Shown here: one piece after another, positions 8,240 through 16,483 of the stretch
Position numbering within the stretch: the first letter of the stretch is position 1
Layout of the letters: each line of letters starts with the position of its first letter
Source: a virus
Taxonomy: Duplodnaviria > Caudoviricetes
DNA length: 57,846 nucleotides
IMG/VR virus record: IMGVR_UViG_3300043394_000186
Location: 1 to 57,846 of that record
Reading direction: 5' to 3' (one strand)
Position numbers and translations under genes: made by a program
Notes under the pieces: generated by a model
Told to the model about the DNA's origin: nothing
Seen by the model: only the letters and a program-made list of their open reading frames with translations
The model's database searches: none

Positions 8240-8587
8240 TCAGCGGCTGGACATGGCCTTCGCGGCGGCCAGCAGTGCGGCCTTGGCCTGTTCGTCCATG
8301 GCCCTGAATGCCTCGATGAGCTGCTGCTCACCCTTGGCCCCAACAGTGCTCATCTGGAAGGGCTCACCCTCACCCGTGATGATCCAATCTGGGTTTGCCT
8401 GCAGTGCAGCGGCGAGTTTGAGCAGCGTCGGCGCGCTTGGCTTGCGCGACGAGTCTGTCACCAAGTTGCTGATCGCTGCCTGCGTGACGCCTACCTTCTG
8501 AGCGAGTGCCACCTGCGTGTACCCCCGAACCTCTATGAGGTAGCGGAGCCTATCGCCAATGGACATGCGCTGGAAGTTCTTGGTCAT
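8240..8587 (-). CDS. cI: CI-like XRE HTH repressor without peptidase domain
   Basis: TQVALAQKVGVTQAAISNL HTH, PDWIITGEG; divergent from cro. Confidence 0.88.
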   Translation of the reverse strand: MTKNFQRMSIGDRLRYLIEVRGYTQVALAQKVGVTQAAISNLVTDSSRKPSAPTLLKLAAALQANPDWIITGEGEPFQMSTVGAKGEQQLIEAFRAMDEQAKAALLAAAKAMSSR

Positions 8588-8617
8588 GGCTGCCGTCGGG
8601 ATAGCTTGACCGCTGGT

Positions 8618-8646
8618 TTGCGACCTGTTATCACATGGCTTATACT
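8618..8646 (+). promoter_or_regulatory. Rightward promoter (pR-like)
   Basis: TTGCGA-17-TATACT with variant box TATCACATGG in the spacer. Confidence 0.75.
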
Positions 8647-8670
8647 TCGCATCCTCAGACGAACCTCTGG

Positions 8671-8874
8671 ATGAACATGAAAATTGACAGCGTAATCAAA
8701 CACTTCGGCTCACAGGCTGCAGCCGCAGCGGCTCTGGGCGTGACACAACCCACCATCAGCAACTGGAAGACTCGTGGACGCATCCCGAACCTGCAGCAGT
8801 TGCGGATTGAACACATCTCGCGCGGCAAGCTGCGAGCCGACTCGAAGATCTTGGCGAAGGTATCACGCGCGTGA
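8671..8874 (+). CDS. cro: Cro-like repressor
   Basis: VIKHFGSQAAAAAALGVTQPTISNW...IP...IEHISRGKLRA. Confidence 0.88.
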   Translation: MNMKIDSVIKHFGSQAAAAAALGVTQPTISNWKTRGRIPNLQQLRIEHISRGKLRADSKILAKVSRA

Positions 8875-9014
8875 AGTGCGTTCAACCTCTAAGAACCCGA
8901 GTATCACAATGATGTATTTTGACCCGGCGGGGCGCGGCCACGCCATCCGGTTTTCCGCTTTCACGGATTTCCGCCGGGTCTCCTTTATTGCAAAGCGGCG
9001 GCAGAAAGCGACGA

Positions 9015-11510
9015 ATGAGCACACCCAATGAACAGACACAACTGAGCGACCAACAGCGAACCCAGATCGAGCATGCGTTTGCCTACATCCAGCAGGGCTG
9101 GAATCTGGTGATGATGCCGATGAAGACAAAGGGTCCCAACCACCCGGGCTGGAACGCACCCAGCGAGCTGATCAACACGCCCGAGAAGGCCGTCAAGAAG
9201 CTGGCCCAAGGCCTGCAGAACATGGGCCTCGTTCACCAGCCAAGTGGCACCGGTGCAATCGACGTCGATGACGAAGCGTGGAGCCGCTATATCTTCGAGG
9301 AGTTTGGTCTCGACTACGACGAGATCATGGACTTCGGCATGCGCATTCGCTCCAAGGCGAACCGCGACAAGGCCGTGTTTGCGGGCGTGCCGGAAGACAT
9401 GCCGTTGCTCAAGATCACGTGGCCTAAGCAGGACGCCAAGAGCCCCGTCGATCGGTTCACCATCACAGAGTTCCGCGCAGGACCCAACCAAGACGTGCTG
9501 CCACCATCGCAGCACCCAGACGGTCACCACTACACGTGGGCTGAAGGCAAGGCACCGTGGGACTTCGAGACGCTGCCCCAGATCCCCCCGAGACTGCTCG
9601 AGTTCTGGCGCACCCTTGCAGACAAGTCCTCAGGCCTTCGCGAAGAGATCGAGAACCTGTGCCCATGGAAGAAGATGCACGTGGGCAAGCGCTACGTGCA
9701 GGCAGGGCGCACGGTCCCAGTAGACGGCAACGACATCATCGGCAAGTACAACCGCGCCGTCAGCATCGAGGACCTGCTGTCGCAGGCTGGCTACCGTCAG
9801 AAGGGCAAGCGATGGCTCGCCCCCAGCTCGAGCACCCGCATCCCCGGCGTTGTCGTGTTCAAGGATCAGGACCACCAGAAGTGCTACAGCCACCACGGCT
9901 CTGACCCGATCGCTGACGGGTTCGCGCACGACGCGTTCGACCTGCTGTGCATGCTGCAGCACAACGGCGACATCAAGCGCGCCCTCGACGAGGCGGCCCA
10001 GATCGCAGGCGTTGACCGTCACCCCACAAAGCACAAGCCCGACGTGACGATCGACCTCGATGCGGCGCTGGCCAAGCAGGTGGAGCGCCAGAAAGCAAAG
10101 ACCACCCCTGAGGTTGTGGCAACGCGTGACGACACGCCGGTGAAGGTGGTGGAGCCAAAGGCCACGGCGCAGGCCGACGAGCTGGTCTATGACGTGCCCG
10201 ACTACCCCGAGCACCTGCTCAAGCCGGGCGGCATCGTGCAGCAGATCGCAGACTGGATCTTGCAGACGGCCCAAAAGCCCCAACCCATCCTCGCGCTGGC
10301 TGCGGCCATTTCCGTCGTGGGCACAGTGCTTGGCCGCAAAGTGGCCACCAGCACGGGCCTTCGCACCAACTACTACCTCGTGGGCGTGGCAGGCACGTCT
10401 GCGGGCAAGGACCACGCTCGCAAGTGCGTCAAGGTCCTGTTCCAAGCCGCTGGGCTGTCAGACCTGCTTGGCGGCGAGGAGCTGGCCTCCGGCACAGCCC
10501 TCTTGGCCCGCGCAGCGGATCACCCGGTGAGCCTGTTCCAGATCGACGAGCTGGGCCTGATGCTCAAGGCGGTGGCCACCAAGGGCGCAGGACCGCACCT
10601 CGCATCCATTGTGACCAACCTGATGAAGCTGTTCTCCAGCTCCGGCACGGTCTACCACGGCACCGAGTACGCGGACCGCAAGACCAAGGAGCGCAAGGAC
10701 ATCCCGTACCCCTGCATCGGCCTGCACGGCACCACCACCCCCGAGACCCTCTGGCCAGCCCTTGGCAGTCAGGACGTGGTCAGCGGCTACCTCAACCGCA
10801 TGCTGATGCTGTTCGTGCCCGACCGCAGGGTGGCCAAGAACTATGTCGGCATCGGCCAGCCACCGGCAGCCGTCGTGGAGTGGATGAAGTCCGCCCGCGA
10901 GCTGCAGTGCGGCATCCTCGGCCTCGACCCTGCCAGCCCCATCGAGATGCCCTTCGCTGGCATGACCAACCAGATCTTCCGGGAGTTCGACGACTGGGTC
11001 GAGAACCGCATGGAAGAGGTCAAGGCCAAGGGCCTGTCGCCCCTGTGGGGCAGGGCATGGGAGCACGCGGCCAAACTGGCCCTTGGCATGGCCTGCGCAC
11101 GCTACAGCGCCACCGACATCAAGCAGGTCGCCTCCGGCGGTGGGCTCGAGATCGACCCGACCAGCGCCCAGTGGGCCATCGACTTCGTCAAGTTCACCAT
11201 GCTCATCCAAGAGGAGCAGGTGGCCACCCGGATGGGCGACAGCGACTTCGATCGCTGGTGTCAGGACGTCCTCAGGGTCGTCAAGCAAGCCGGCCCACAA
11301 GGCCGCACAGAGTCCGAGATGACCAAGTTCAGCCGCATGTACCGCGCCCTTGAGCCACGGCAGCAGGACGCGATCATCGACTCCCTCAAGCGCCGGGAAG
11401 CTATCACATTGGTCCAATACCGACCCCCATCAGGACGCGGCAAGAGCCGCATGGCATGGGTGGCCAATGAGTTCGCCCCGGTGGTCGAGGAGGGCGACGA
11501 AGACGAATAA
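9015..11510 (+). CDS. Bifunctional primase-polymerase fused to a DUF3987-like NTPase
   Basis: N-terminal prim-pol (KGP..PGW, NMGL, AIDVD, VLPPSQHPDG); GTSAGKD, IDELG, GYLNRML. Confidence 0.85.
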   Translation: MSTPNEQTQLSDQQRTQIEHAFAYIQQGWNLVMMPMKTKGPNHPGWNAPSELINTPEKAVKKLAQGLQNMGLVHQPSGTGAIDVDDEAWSRYIFEEFGLDYDEIMDFGMRIRSKANRDKAVFAGVPEDMPLLKITWPKQDAKSPVDRFTITEFRAGPNQDVLPPSQHPDGHHYTWAEGKAPWDFETLPQIPPRLLEFWRTLADKSSGLREEIENLCPWKKMHVGKRYVQAGRTVPVDGNDIIGKYNRAVSIEDLLSQAGYRQKGKRWLAPSSSTRIPGVVVFKDQDHQKCYSHHGSDPIADGFAHDAFDLLCMLQHNGDIKRALDEAAQIAGVDRHPTKHKPDVTIDLDAALAKQVERQKAKTTPEVVATRDDTPVKVVEPKATAQADELVYDVPDYPEHLLKPGGIVQQIADWILQTAQKPQPILALAAAISVVGTVLGRKVATSTGLRTNYYLVGVAGTSAGKDHARKCVKVLFQAAGLSDLLGGEELASGTALLARAADHPVSLFQIDELGLMLKAVATKGAGPHLASIVTNLMKLFSSSGTVYHGTEYADRKTKERKDIPYPCIGLHGTTTPETLWPALGSQDVVSGYLNRMLMLFVPDRRVAKNYVGIGQPPAAVVEWMKSARELQCGILGLDPASPIEMPFAGMTNQIFREFDDWVENRMEEVKAKGLSPLWGRAWEHAAKLALGMACARYSATDIKQVASGGGLEIDPTSAQWAIDFVKFTMLIQEEQVATRMGDSDFDRWCQDVLRVVKQAGPQGRTESEMTKFSRMYRALEPRQQDAIIDSLKRREAITLVQYRPPSGRGKSRMAWVANEFAPVVEEGDEDE

Positions 11511-11519
11511 CGCAGCACT

Positions 11520-11670
11520 GTGGAGACACCCCTGTCTCCGGCCAAGAGCCGCATGGATAGGGGCTTTGGGTATATATAGATAATAAAAAAAATACTCTGT
11601 TATTTATATATATTCTCTCTCTCCCCCCCCGTGTAGAGGACCCCGTCGCGTTGTCGCGTTTGTCTCCGTA
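11520..11670. other. Candidate replication origin
   Basis: Strongly AT-rich tract 11570-11615 directly after the primase, flanked by short repeats. Confidence 0.4.
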
Positions 11671-11740
11671 GATGGGGTTTTGTCACCGCAGAAGAAATCA
11701 CAATGATGTAGCGCCGGTATCGGCAGAAAGCATAGGAGAT

Positions 11741-12169
11741 ATGACGAAAACGCATAACGTGACAGTAACAGGAACAAGTGAGCGGGCACTAACTTATGAG
11801 TTTGCGCTGCCTTGGCCCAAGGTCACCGGCAACCACGCGGTCAAGCACACGCGAGCTGGCGGCCACTACAAGACGCCCGAGGCGAAGGCCTACGAGGGCA
11901 TGGTGGCCCAGATCGTGGCCAGCATGGGCATGGGCAGCCTGCTTGGCCAAAAACCGCTTGGCGGCCCGCTGAAGGTCCTGTGGCTGCTGTCACCCCCTGA
12001 TCGGCGAGCGCGGGACATGGACAACGTGCGCAAGGTGGTGGCCGATGCGCTGACCCGGGCCGGGTTCTGGGAGGACGACAGCAACAAGGTGCTGGTGCGC
12101 GAGACGTTCGAGTGGACGGACTCCACCCCCGGCGGCGAGCTGCACCTGACGGTGGAGGTGGTGGCATGA
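11741..12169 (+). CDS. rusA: RusA-like Holliday junction resolvase
   Basis: LPWP..N, PPDRRARDMDNVRKVVADALT, WEDDS; AGGAG RBS. Confidence 0.88.
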   Translation: MTKTHNVTVTGTSERALTYEFALPWPKVTGNHAVKHTRAGGHYKTPEAKAYEGMVAQIVASMGMGSLLGQKPLGGPLKVLWLLSPPDRRARDMDNVRKVVADALTRAGFWEDDSNKVLVRETFEWTDSTPGGELHLTVEVVA

Positions 12170-12375
12170 CCGCGCTGTCCATCATCGGCTTTGTCACCAT
12201 CGTGCTGTGCGCCCTGTACGTCTCGGTCGGGGCCGTCTCCGTCCTCTTCAGCGAGCTGGCATTCGCAGGGCGACTTAGCCCGCTGTCGTTCGTCTTGTCT
12301 GCCGTTGCGGGCGCGCTCTGGGCGTTGGCCGCTTGGCTGAGTCCATTCACCGTCACCTTTGGAGTCGCCGCATGA
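12166..12375 (+). CDS. Two-TM membrane protein
   Basis: ATGA coupling, hydrophobic segments. Confidence 0.65.
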   Translation: MTALSIIGFVTIVLCALYVSVGAVSVLFSELAFAGRLSPLSFVLSAVAGALWALAAWLSPFTVTFGVAA

Positions 12376-12674
12376 ACCTGTCCATCTTCAAACCCAAGGC
12401 CCCGGCTGCGTCCAATGCGCCGGTCGAGACACCTGCGCCTGCGGGCGAGTCGCTCGAGGACGTGCTGATGCAGTTGGCCAAGTGGGGCAGCCCTCGAGTT
12501 GGCCAGTACAGCAGCGACGGGACGTGGCACTGCCATGTCGAAGTGAACGTCACACCAGTCGGGGTGAAGTTCGAGGCCAAGAGCGACTTCAAGCAGCCCA
12601 CGCCACTGGCTGCGGCGCTTCAGTGCCGGGCCAACTTGCTGGCCGCCGTCAAGGCGATCGGGGGTGCGGCATGA
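12372..12674 (+). CDS. Hypothetical protein
   Basis: ATGA coupling, GGAG RBS. Confidence 0.7.
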   Translation: MNLSIFKPKAPAASNAPVETPAPAGESLEDVLMQLAKWGSPRVGQYSSDGTWHCHVEVNVTPVGVKFEAKSDFKQPTPLAAALQCRANLLAAVKAIGGAA

Positions 12675-12907
12675 CCTGCACCCGCATCGGCAACGGCATC
12701 GTCTGCACCAGCCCGTGGAAGCGATTCCACGTTGGTGGCCGCTACATCATGATGGAGTTCCACCCCTACTGCGGCCCGACGTTCTTCACCGACCGTGCCT
12801 GCACGCAGATCTATGAGCCAGTCGAGGGCGACCCAGTCTGGCCGTTGTTCACAAAATGGTACGACCAGTACCAAGAAGCCAAAGAAAAGCGCAGGGCCGT
12901 CACATGA
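12671..12907 (+). CDS. Hypothetical protein
   Basis: ATGA coupling; MTCTRIGNGIVC...EFHPYCGP. Confidence 0.7.
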   Translation: MTCTRIGNGIVCTSPWKRFHVGGRYIMMEFHPYCGPTFFTDRACTQIYEPVEGDPVWPLFTKWYDQYQEAKEKRRAVT

Positions 12908-13203
12908 AATCGAACTCGATGACGGCGCTGACCTTGTATCCCTTCTTGCGCCAGATCAAGATCCGGCGTTCTACTGCTATGGCAGTCACCAAGGGGATCG
13001 ACGCCACCGGTCGGCCGTTCATAGACCAACCAAGAAGGACCGTCGCTCGCGGCATGCGCTTGCGCGTGATCGGAGCCTTCAGCTTGCGATGCAAAGGGGC
13101 CATGGCGCTTTCGTTAAGTTATCGCGCCACTGCAGCGCAGCTCGACCGTATCAACATTGTGAACCCGACAAGATCGTCGGGTTGTCGATTCTCTAGCGTG
13201 TAA
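12904..13203 (+). CDS. Possible hypothetical protein (frame ambiguous)
   Basis: ATGA coupling, but atypical codon use. Confidence 0.35.
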   Translation: MKSNSMTALTLYPFLRQIKIRRSTAMAVTKGIDATGRPFIDQPRRTVARGMRLRVIGAFSLRCKGAMALSLSYRATAAQLDRINIVNPTRSSGCRFSSV

Positions 13204-13213
13204 GGAGACCGCC

Positions 13214-13567
13214 ATGATCAGACTGCAACCAGACTGGGTAGGAGAGCTGCTTGGCCAATGGGCCGCAAAGGACTGGAGCGATGCCCAGCATGAGCTGGGC
13301 TTTGCCAGCGTCTCGCCGATGTTCGCCAAGGCGGTGGGCACATCCTTCGAGTGCGAGGACGTCACCGGCTACAGCCACGCAGAGCTGCGGGCCATGGTCG
13401 CTGGCGTGGACTGGCTGCAGCTCAACCATCCCGAGCACTGGCGCGCCCTGTCGCGTGAGTTCCGCACGTGGACCCGCCGCACGCTCGAGCGCAAGGACGG
13501 CGACGACAAGCTGGTGCTCGAGGCTGGACGACTGCTCGAAAAATATATCGACGATTGTCTTGGCTAA
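13214..13567 (+). CDS. Putative Q-like antiterminator
   Basis: TAAGGAG RBS; LLGQWA...LGFASVSPMF resembles phage-21-type Q N-termini; promoter directly downstream. Confidence 0.5.
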   Translation: MIRLQPDWVGELLGQWAAKDWSDAQHELGFASVSPMFAKAVGTSFECEDVTGYSHAELRAMVAGVDWLQLNHPEHWRALSREFRTWTRRTLERKDGDDKLVLEAGRLLEKYIDDCLG

Positions 13568-13587
13568 ATGTTCACAATGCTTATAAT
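13560..13587 (+). promoter_or_regulatory. Promoter with TCACAATG box
   Basis: TTGGCT-16-TATAAT; box at 13571-13579. Confidence 0.7.
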
Positions 13588-13624
13588 GTGGCTGTGCAAT
13601 ATCGCACGTCACATGGAGTCGAAC

Positions 13625-13810
13625 ATGTCTGGAGTCAAAGCGACCACCGGCAATATGCCGCGCAACCGTACCGTCAGCTCACCAATGAGCGATGACATCT
13701 ACAAGCCCGAGTGGGTGCCCGTGCGCCCCGGCGCTGAGGACCACGAGAACGTGCCCAGCCGCCGCGTCACAACACGCGAGTGGCGCGATGGCCGAGTGGA
13801 GGCCGCATGA
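13625..13810 (+). CDS. Hypothetical protein
   Basis: GGAG RBS; RPGAEDHENVPSR. Confidence 0.65.
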   Translation: MSGVKATTGNMPRNRTVSSPMSDDIYKPEWVPVRPGAEDHENVPSRRVTTREWRDGRVEAA

Positions 13811-14043
13811 GCAATACAAACACAGGTGGGCCAGCGTTTCCAGCAGTCATACCTTTGGTGCATAGCGAGCAACAAGGCAAGGACTACCCGGACTACTCAG
13901 AAGCAGGCATGACCTTGCGCGACTACTTTGCGGCCAAGGCGATGCAGGCGGTGATCGCCCGAGGTGACGACACAAACCGCCCCGGCATGGCCGAATGGTC
14001 TTACGCAATGGCCGACGCCATGCTGAAAGCGAGGGAAGCATGA
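13807..14043 (+). CDS. Conserved phage protein (GGPAFP...GMTLRDYFAAKAM type)
   Basis: Recognisable motif; ATGA coupling. Confidence 0.8.
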   Translation: MSNTNTGGPAFPAVIPLVHSEQQGKDYPDYSEAGMTLRDYFAAKAMQAVIARGDDTNRPGMAEWSYAMADAMLKAREA

Positions 14044-14159
14044 GCACCCCACAGCCATGGCCATTCCCGCCAGCGAACGGCCCAACACCTTGGACACCCG
14101 GCCAACTGCGCGACCATCAGCGCCAGCAGCGCGAGAAGCTCGAGGAGGCCCCATGGTGA
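14040..14159 (+). CDS. Small Pro/Trp-rich protein (39 aa), not in ORF track
   Basis: MSTPQPWPFPPANGPTPWTPGQLRDHQRQQREKLEEAPW; ATGA coupling. Confidence 0.6.
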   Translation: MSTPQPWPFPPANGPTPWTPGQLRDHQRQQREKLEEAPW

Positions 14160-14554
14160 AGCAGCACAACCGCGTGCGCGTCCTGTCCGCGCTGCGATCG
14201 GGTGACAAGTCCGTGGCGCAGCTCAGGCAAGAGCTGCACATCGGCAACACCACTGCGTGGCGCTGGCTGCAGGAGCTGGTCGACGCCAACGAGGCGCACG
14301 TCCGCGCCATGGTCAACCCCGAGACGGGCGGACCCAAGATCGCCATCTACCGCGCAGGTCCTAAGCCATCGAACCTGAAGGTGCGCGTGCAGCGCATCAA
14401 GACGCAGTCCGAGCTGTCGCGCGAGTACCGCAAGCGGCTGCGCGAGTCAGGCGAGTGGGAAGACCGGCTGGCCAAGATGCGTGGCGACTACTGGACCGGC
14501 AGACCTATCGCACGCGACCCGCTGACGGCCGCCTTCTTCGGAGCACACGCATGA
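14153..14554 (+). CDS. Winged-HTH DNA-binding protein
   Basis: GAGGAGG RBS; KSVAQLRQELHIGNTTAWRWLQEL. Confidence 0.7.
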   Translation: MVKQHNRVRVLSALRSGDKSVAQLRQELHIGNTTAWRWLQELVDANEAHVRAMVNPETGGPKIAIYRAGPKPSNLKVRVQRIKTQSELSREYRKRLRESGEWEDRLAKMRGDYWTGRPIARDPLTAAFFGAHA

Positions 14555-14706
14555 AGTGCCCGCAGTGCAACACCTACACCGAAGTGCTCGAGACGCGCAT
14601 GCGGGCTGATGGCGTGAAGCGCCGTCGCTACCTGTGCGCAAACATGCACCGGTTCACGACGCTCGAAGTGATCGTCGAAGACAAGAACAAGAAAGAGCCC
14701 AAATGA
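14551..14706 (+). CDS. NrdR-N-like zinc-ribbon protein
   Basis: MKCPQC...VLETR...RRRYLC..HRFTTLE. Confidence 0.8.
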   Translation: MKCPQCNTYTEVLETRMRADGVKRRRYLCANMHRFTTLEVIVEDKNKKEPK

Positions 14707-14936
14707 ACATCACCGTTTACACCAAGAGCGCTTGCCCCAACTGCGTGAGCGCCAAGCAACTGCTCAAGAGCAAGAATTTGCCCTTCGTCGAACTTGACGC
14801 TGAGAAGCCGGATGAGTTGGCCAACCTTCTCCGTCGTTTCCCAGAGGCTCGTCAGATGCCGCAGATCTTCATCAACGGCCAGCGCGTCGGCGGTCTCGCC
14901 GGTCTGCAGGCAGCACTCAAGCAGGTGGGCGTATGA
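14703..14936 (+). CDS. Glutaredoxin
   Basis: VYTKSACPNC, MPQIFING..VGG. Confidence 0.9.
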   Translation: MNITVYTKSACPNCVSAKQLLKSKNLPFVELDAEKPDELANLLRRFPEARQMPQIFINGQRVGGLAGLQAALKQVGV

Positions 14937-15085
14937 GCAAAGCACAGAAAATGTTCGAGGCCATCATGCGAGTGAAAGGCCATAACGACTTCAGCATGAA
15001 CGGCAACAAGTACGCCAACCCCGGCCTGCAGGTCCGTTGGAACTACTTCCGCATGGGTTGGGAAATGAAGGAGGTGACGGCATGA
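14933..15085 (+). CDS. Small hypothetical protein (50 aa), not in ORF track
   Basis: MSKAQKMFEAIMRVKGH...RWNYFRMGWEM; ATGA coupling at both ends. Confidence 0.65.
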   Translation: MSKAQKMFEAIMRVKGHNDFSMNGNKYANPGLQVRWNYFRMGWEMKEVTA

Positions 15086-15342
15086 AGCAAGCGCCACGAT
15101 TGATTGCTTGGTACCTCAAGCAGCAAGGATACAGAGCCATCACGCTGCCGCCTTTTGGCATCTACGCCGTCAAGGGTTCAGCACAAGACGTTCGACTTGC
15201 CAAGCATGAGAACGCTCATTGGGAACAGTACAAACGAATGGGCTTTTTTGGCTTCTATGCAACGTACTTGTGGTTCATGCTTGTTTATGGCTATGAAAAA
15301 CATCCGATGGAAATCGAAGCAAGAAAGGCTGAAACCAAATGA
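15082..15342 (+). CDS. Small HExxH metallopeptidase-like protein
   Basis: AITLPPFGI, HENAHWEQ, PMEIEAR. Confidence 0.7.
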   Translation: MKQAPRLIAWYLKQQGYRAITLPPFGIYAVKGSAQDVRLAKHENAHWEQYKRMGFFGFYATYLWFMLVYGYEKHPMEIEARKAETK

Positions 15343-15728
15343 TCAAAGACGAAGCATTGAAGCTGGCGCTGGAGGCGTTGGAAAAGTCAATAGCCATAAC
15401 GATGGCCAATATTGATCTGAGAAACAAAGCCATCACCGCCATCAAGCAAGCCCTTGCAGCATCTGTGCAGGAGCCTGTGGCTTGGCGAGTCAAAGTAGAA
15501 ACAAAACTCAGAGATGGGTCAGTGGATGTCGGATACCAGCTACGCAACGAAAAGCTGTCTGTTCACGATGAACCTCTCTACACCACCCCACCCACAGCAC
15601 AGCGGCAATGGGTTGTGCTGACTGATGAGGAGCGGACGGAATGTATTTTTAGCACTCGATGGTCAACAACTCAATTGATGGACACATCCAAAGCCATCGA
15701 AGCCAAACTCAAGGAGAAGAACACATGA
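15339..15728 (+). CDS. Hypothetical protein
   Basis: LALEALE...QEPVAW...PLYT...AIEAKLKEKN mosaic phage pattern. Confidence 0.75.
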   Translation: MIKDEALKLALEALEKSIAITMANIDLRNKAITAIKQALAASVQEPVAWRVKVETKLRDGSVDVGYQLRNEKLSVHDEPLYTTPPTAQRQWVVLTDEERTECIFSTRWSTTQLMDTSKAIEAKLKEKNT

Positions 15729-15850
15729 CCTGCAAACACCGATGGGAGCCGAGCTTCTTCGGCATCAAATACCGCAACCCCGGCAGCTACTGGTATCAGT
15801 GCGCCCGGTGCAATCAAGTGATCTGGACCATTCTGGTGGAGAACCCATGA
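15725..15850 (+). CDS. Small Zn-binding-like protein
   Basis: MTCKHRW...CARC; ATGA coupling. Confidence 0.6.
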   Translation: MTCKHRWEPSFFGIKYRNPGSYWYQCARCNQVIWTILVENP

Positions 15851-16041
15851 GCCACGGCGGCAAGGGCAGCAGCCCACGACCCTACGACGTGCCGCTGGAC
15901 CAGTTCAGCGACAACTACGAGCGCACCTTCGGCAAGAAGGTGACGTGCCCCGACTGCGGCAAGACGTTCAGGCTCAAGCCCGACGACGTCATGATCCACA
16001 CCTGCACACCCAAGGAGGCACAGCATGCGCAAGCGCAGTAA
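15847..16041 (+). CDS. Small protein with Zn finger
   Basis: GGKGSSPRP...CPDCGK...HTC. Confidence 0.7.
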   Translation: MSHGGKGSSPRPYDVPLDQFSDNYERTFGKKVTCPDCGKTFRLKPDDVMIHTCTPKEAQHAQAQ

Positions 16042-16483
16042 CTACCGGCCCAAGGGCGTGCGCCTCGACAACATGAGCTGGATCAAGGCTGGCTTCAAGC
16101 CCGTGGGCAGCGTGCCCAAAGCCGGGGTACATCTCAAGCTGGCCAACGTCGCGGCCATGGATGCGATCATCGCTGGGCACGGCACCGGCGACCACTCGCA
16201 CACCATGCGCGAGGCGTTCGACATGGCCGTGTGCCTGCCAAGGATCAACCCCAAGCTGGGGGCTGACTGGCTGCCCGAGCTGCAGGCGGCCAAGGACGCA
16301 GCCTACGCCGCGCACGAACGAGGCGAGCGCCTTGGTCGGTTCCTGTTCACCGGCCCAGAGATGCAACTGATCAGGGTTGGCATCGAGATCCACACGCAGC
16401 AGCTCGAGGAATGCACCGTGCAGGAGATGGAAAAGGCCATCCGCTTGGCCATCACGACCAAGCAAAAGGAGACCGCAGCGTGA
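16025..16483 (+). CDS. Hypothetical protein
   Basis: AAGGAGG RBS; MRKRSNYRPK. Confidence 0.8.
   Translation: MRKRSNYRPKGVRLDNMSWIKAGFKPVGSVPKAGVHLKLANVAAMDAIIAGHGTGDHSHTMREAFDMAVCLPRINPKLGADWLPELQAAKDAAYAAHERGERLGRFLFTGPEMQLIRVGIEIHTQQLEECTVQEMEKAIRLAITTKQKETAA

Noticed and set aside
8921-8980. tRNA gene
   Set aside because: No TTCG T-loop, anticodon arm or acceptor end; kept only as a structured-RNA candidate. No tRNA was recognised elsewhere.
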